64,000 nucleotides of DNA. Origin: Amphiscolops sp. MND2022. Its lineage: Eukaryota. Numbering within the stretch: the first letter of the stretch is position 1; every line of letters starts with the position of its first letter. The stretch spans positions 26,724,001 to 26,788,000 of the forward strand of contig OZ076409.1 of assembly GCA_964187785.1 (NCBI GenBank), in the 5' to 3' direction. Below, one piece after another: positions 62,705-64,000 of the stretch. Both the position numbers and the translations under genes were made by a program. The notes under the pieces were generated by a model. The model saw only the letters and a program-made list of their open reading frames with translations. It did no database searches and was not told where the DNA came from.

Positions 62705-64000
62705 TCATTAAGGGGACCTTTTCGTCATTTTAAAAACTCCAAAAATCTCTACAATTACAAATCGCGCTAAGCTAAATTTATGTGAGTTGAATTCTATGGG
62801 TAACACCCTTAAAGTTGAACATAAATAAACTCTTGGCAAATTTTGTAAAAAAAACCCGTTTGATTTAAATATTTTCCTTTTCCATATATGAAATATGGGC
62901 GGAAAATAATTAAGAAAAAGTGCAAATTCGATGAAATATAAGCGAAATTTACAATTTCTTACTTTTGTAATTTGTTGCAAAAATTTCAAACAGATACTTT
63001 TGTAAACTAGATGAAATTCTGAGAAATTTTCCTAGCTGACATTTTTCGTATTCGTGACAGTTTTCAAGATATTTGGATTTGAAATTTGCAATTTTAGGAA
63101 ATTGGAGTTGCCAAAGTTTAGATCGCTACTGTAATGACATTCGCCTATCATTAACTCGTCATTGACTCTTTTGAGTTTGTATTAGTAATTTTCAAAAACA
63201 AAACTGAATTTTTGAACACCGAAGTACGCTAAGCATACAAGTAGTGTGTTGGAGCCTGTGGACACTCATTTTCACAAAAAACCGTAATATGTCCACAATT
63301 GCATTTAAAAAACGAGAATTGGGAAGAAAGAAAGTAGGCGAAAGTTAATTTCTCAATTTCGTGACTGGATGACAAAAAAGTTCTTACGCTTTGCTAAGTC
63401 GGTGCCTTTTTTCGGAAACTCATATCGTAGGTATCACATTTGCATCCGAATGGTCGAGCAAGGGTGGGCTTGAAACTGCAATTTCAACCCAACTAGCCTA
63501 ATTAACAAAAAATGTGATCCAATTTTTATGAATTTTGTCCTCTTTTAATGCAAAATTGTTAGCCATAATCATACCACACGACTAGAATGAAAAGATTTTT
63601 TTCAAGGTCCATTTTTGGCTGGCAGTTGCGAGTGATTCAAACCCTGTGGTCCACCGATAACTTCATCGACTCACCGAAATTTCTATCAGTGGGCAATGTT
63701 GGACATGAATAAAATCGCTACAGATGGACGCGCACATTGCAAAATGGTTGTTCAAAGGTGTTATGTCGACAAAAGCACGGAAACTCATCGAGTGCAAACT
63801 AAACGCAGTTCCCGAGTTGTTGAGGAATTCGCTCGCTTGGTAAACCGATATTCAACGTCTTTCGATTAATCCAGCAACAATATGTGAAACTTGTTGGAAC
63901 AGTTACATGGACGTGATGGAGTATTTCAAGGACAATTGGGCAAAAATTTCTGAAATTGTATTGGCTCATTTGAAACACTCCAATTTTTCTGTCGCACAAT

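Overview
AT-rich eukaryotic (most likely invertebrate animal) genomic DNA, almost all transposable elements and their debris. No prokaryotic operons or CRISPR arrays were seen. The main feature is a full-length but disabled BEL/Pao LTR retrotransposon (32923-41873) with ~1.15 kb near-identical LTRs, an ATCGA target duplication, a PBS and a PPT. A 5'-truncated second copy lies at 16918-18166. All three LTR copies end in ...GCAAAA rather than the canonical ...CA. Other elements: a Ty3/Gypsy pol relic, CR1-like and RTE-like LINE fragments, a Tc1 transposase relic, internally deleted pogo/Tigger and hAT elements, and a Tc1/mariner-type MITE. More than ten non-autonomous Helentron/DINE-1-like (HINE) elements from at least two families are present, with compensatory base changes in their terminal hairpin. 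The window also has a 235-bp palindrome, a ~182-bp satellite with 3-monomer higher-order structure, and a local segmental duplication. The only convincing host coding sequence is one LDL-receptor class A exon (50741-51002, minus strand). All calls come from reading the sequence by eye, and boundaries of degenerate elements are approximate.
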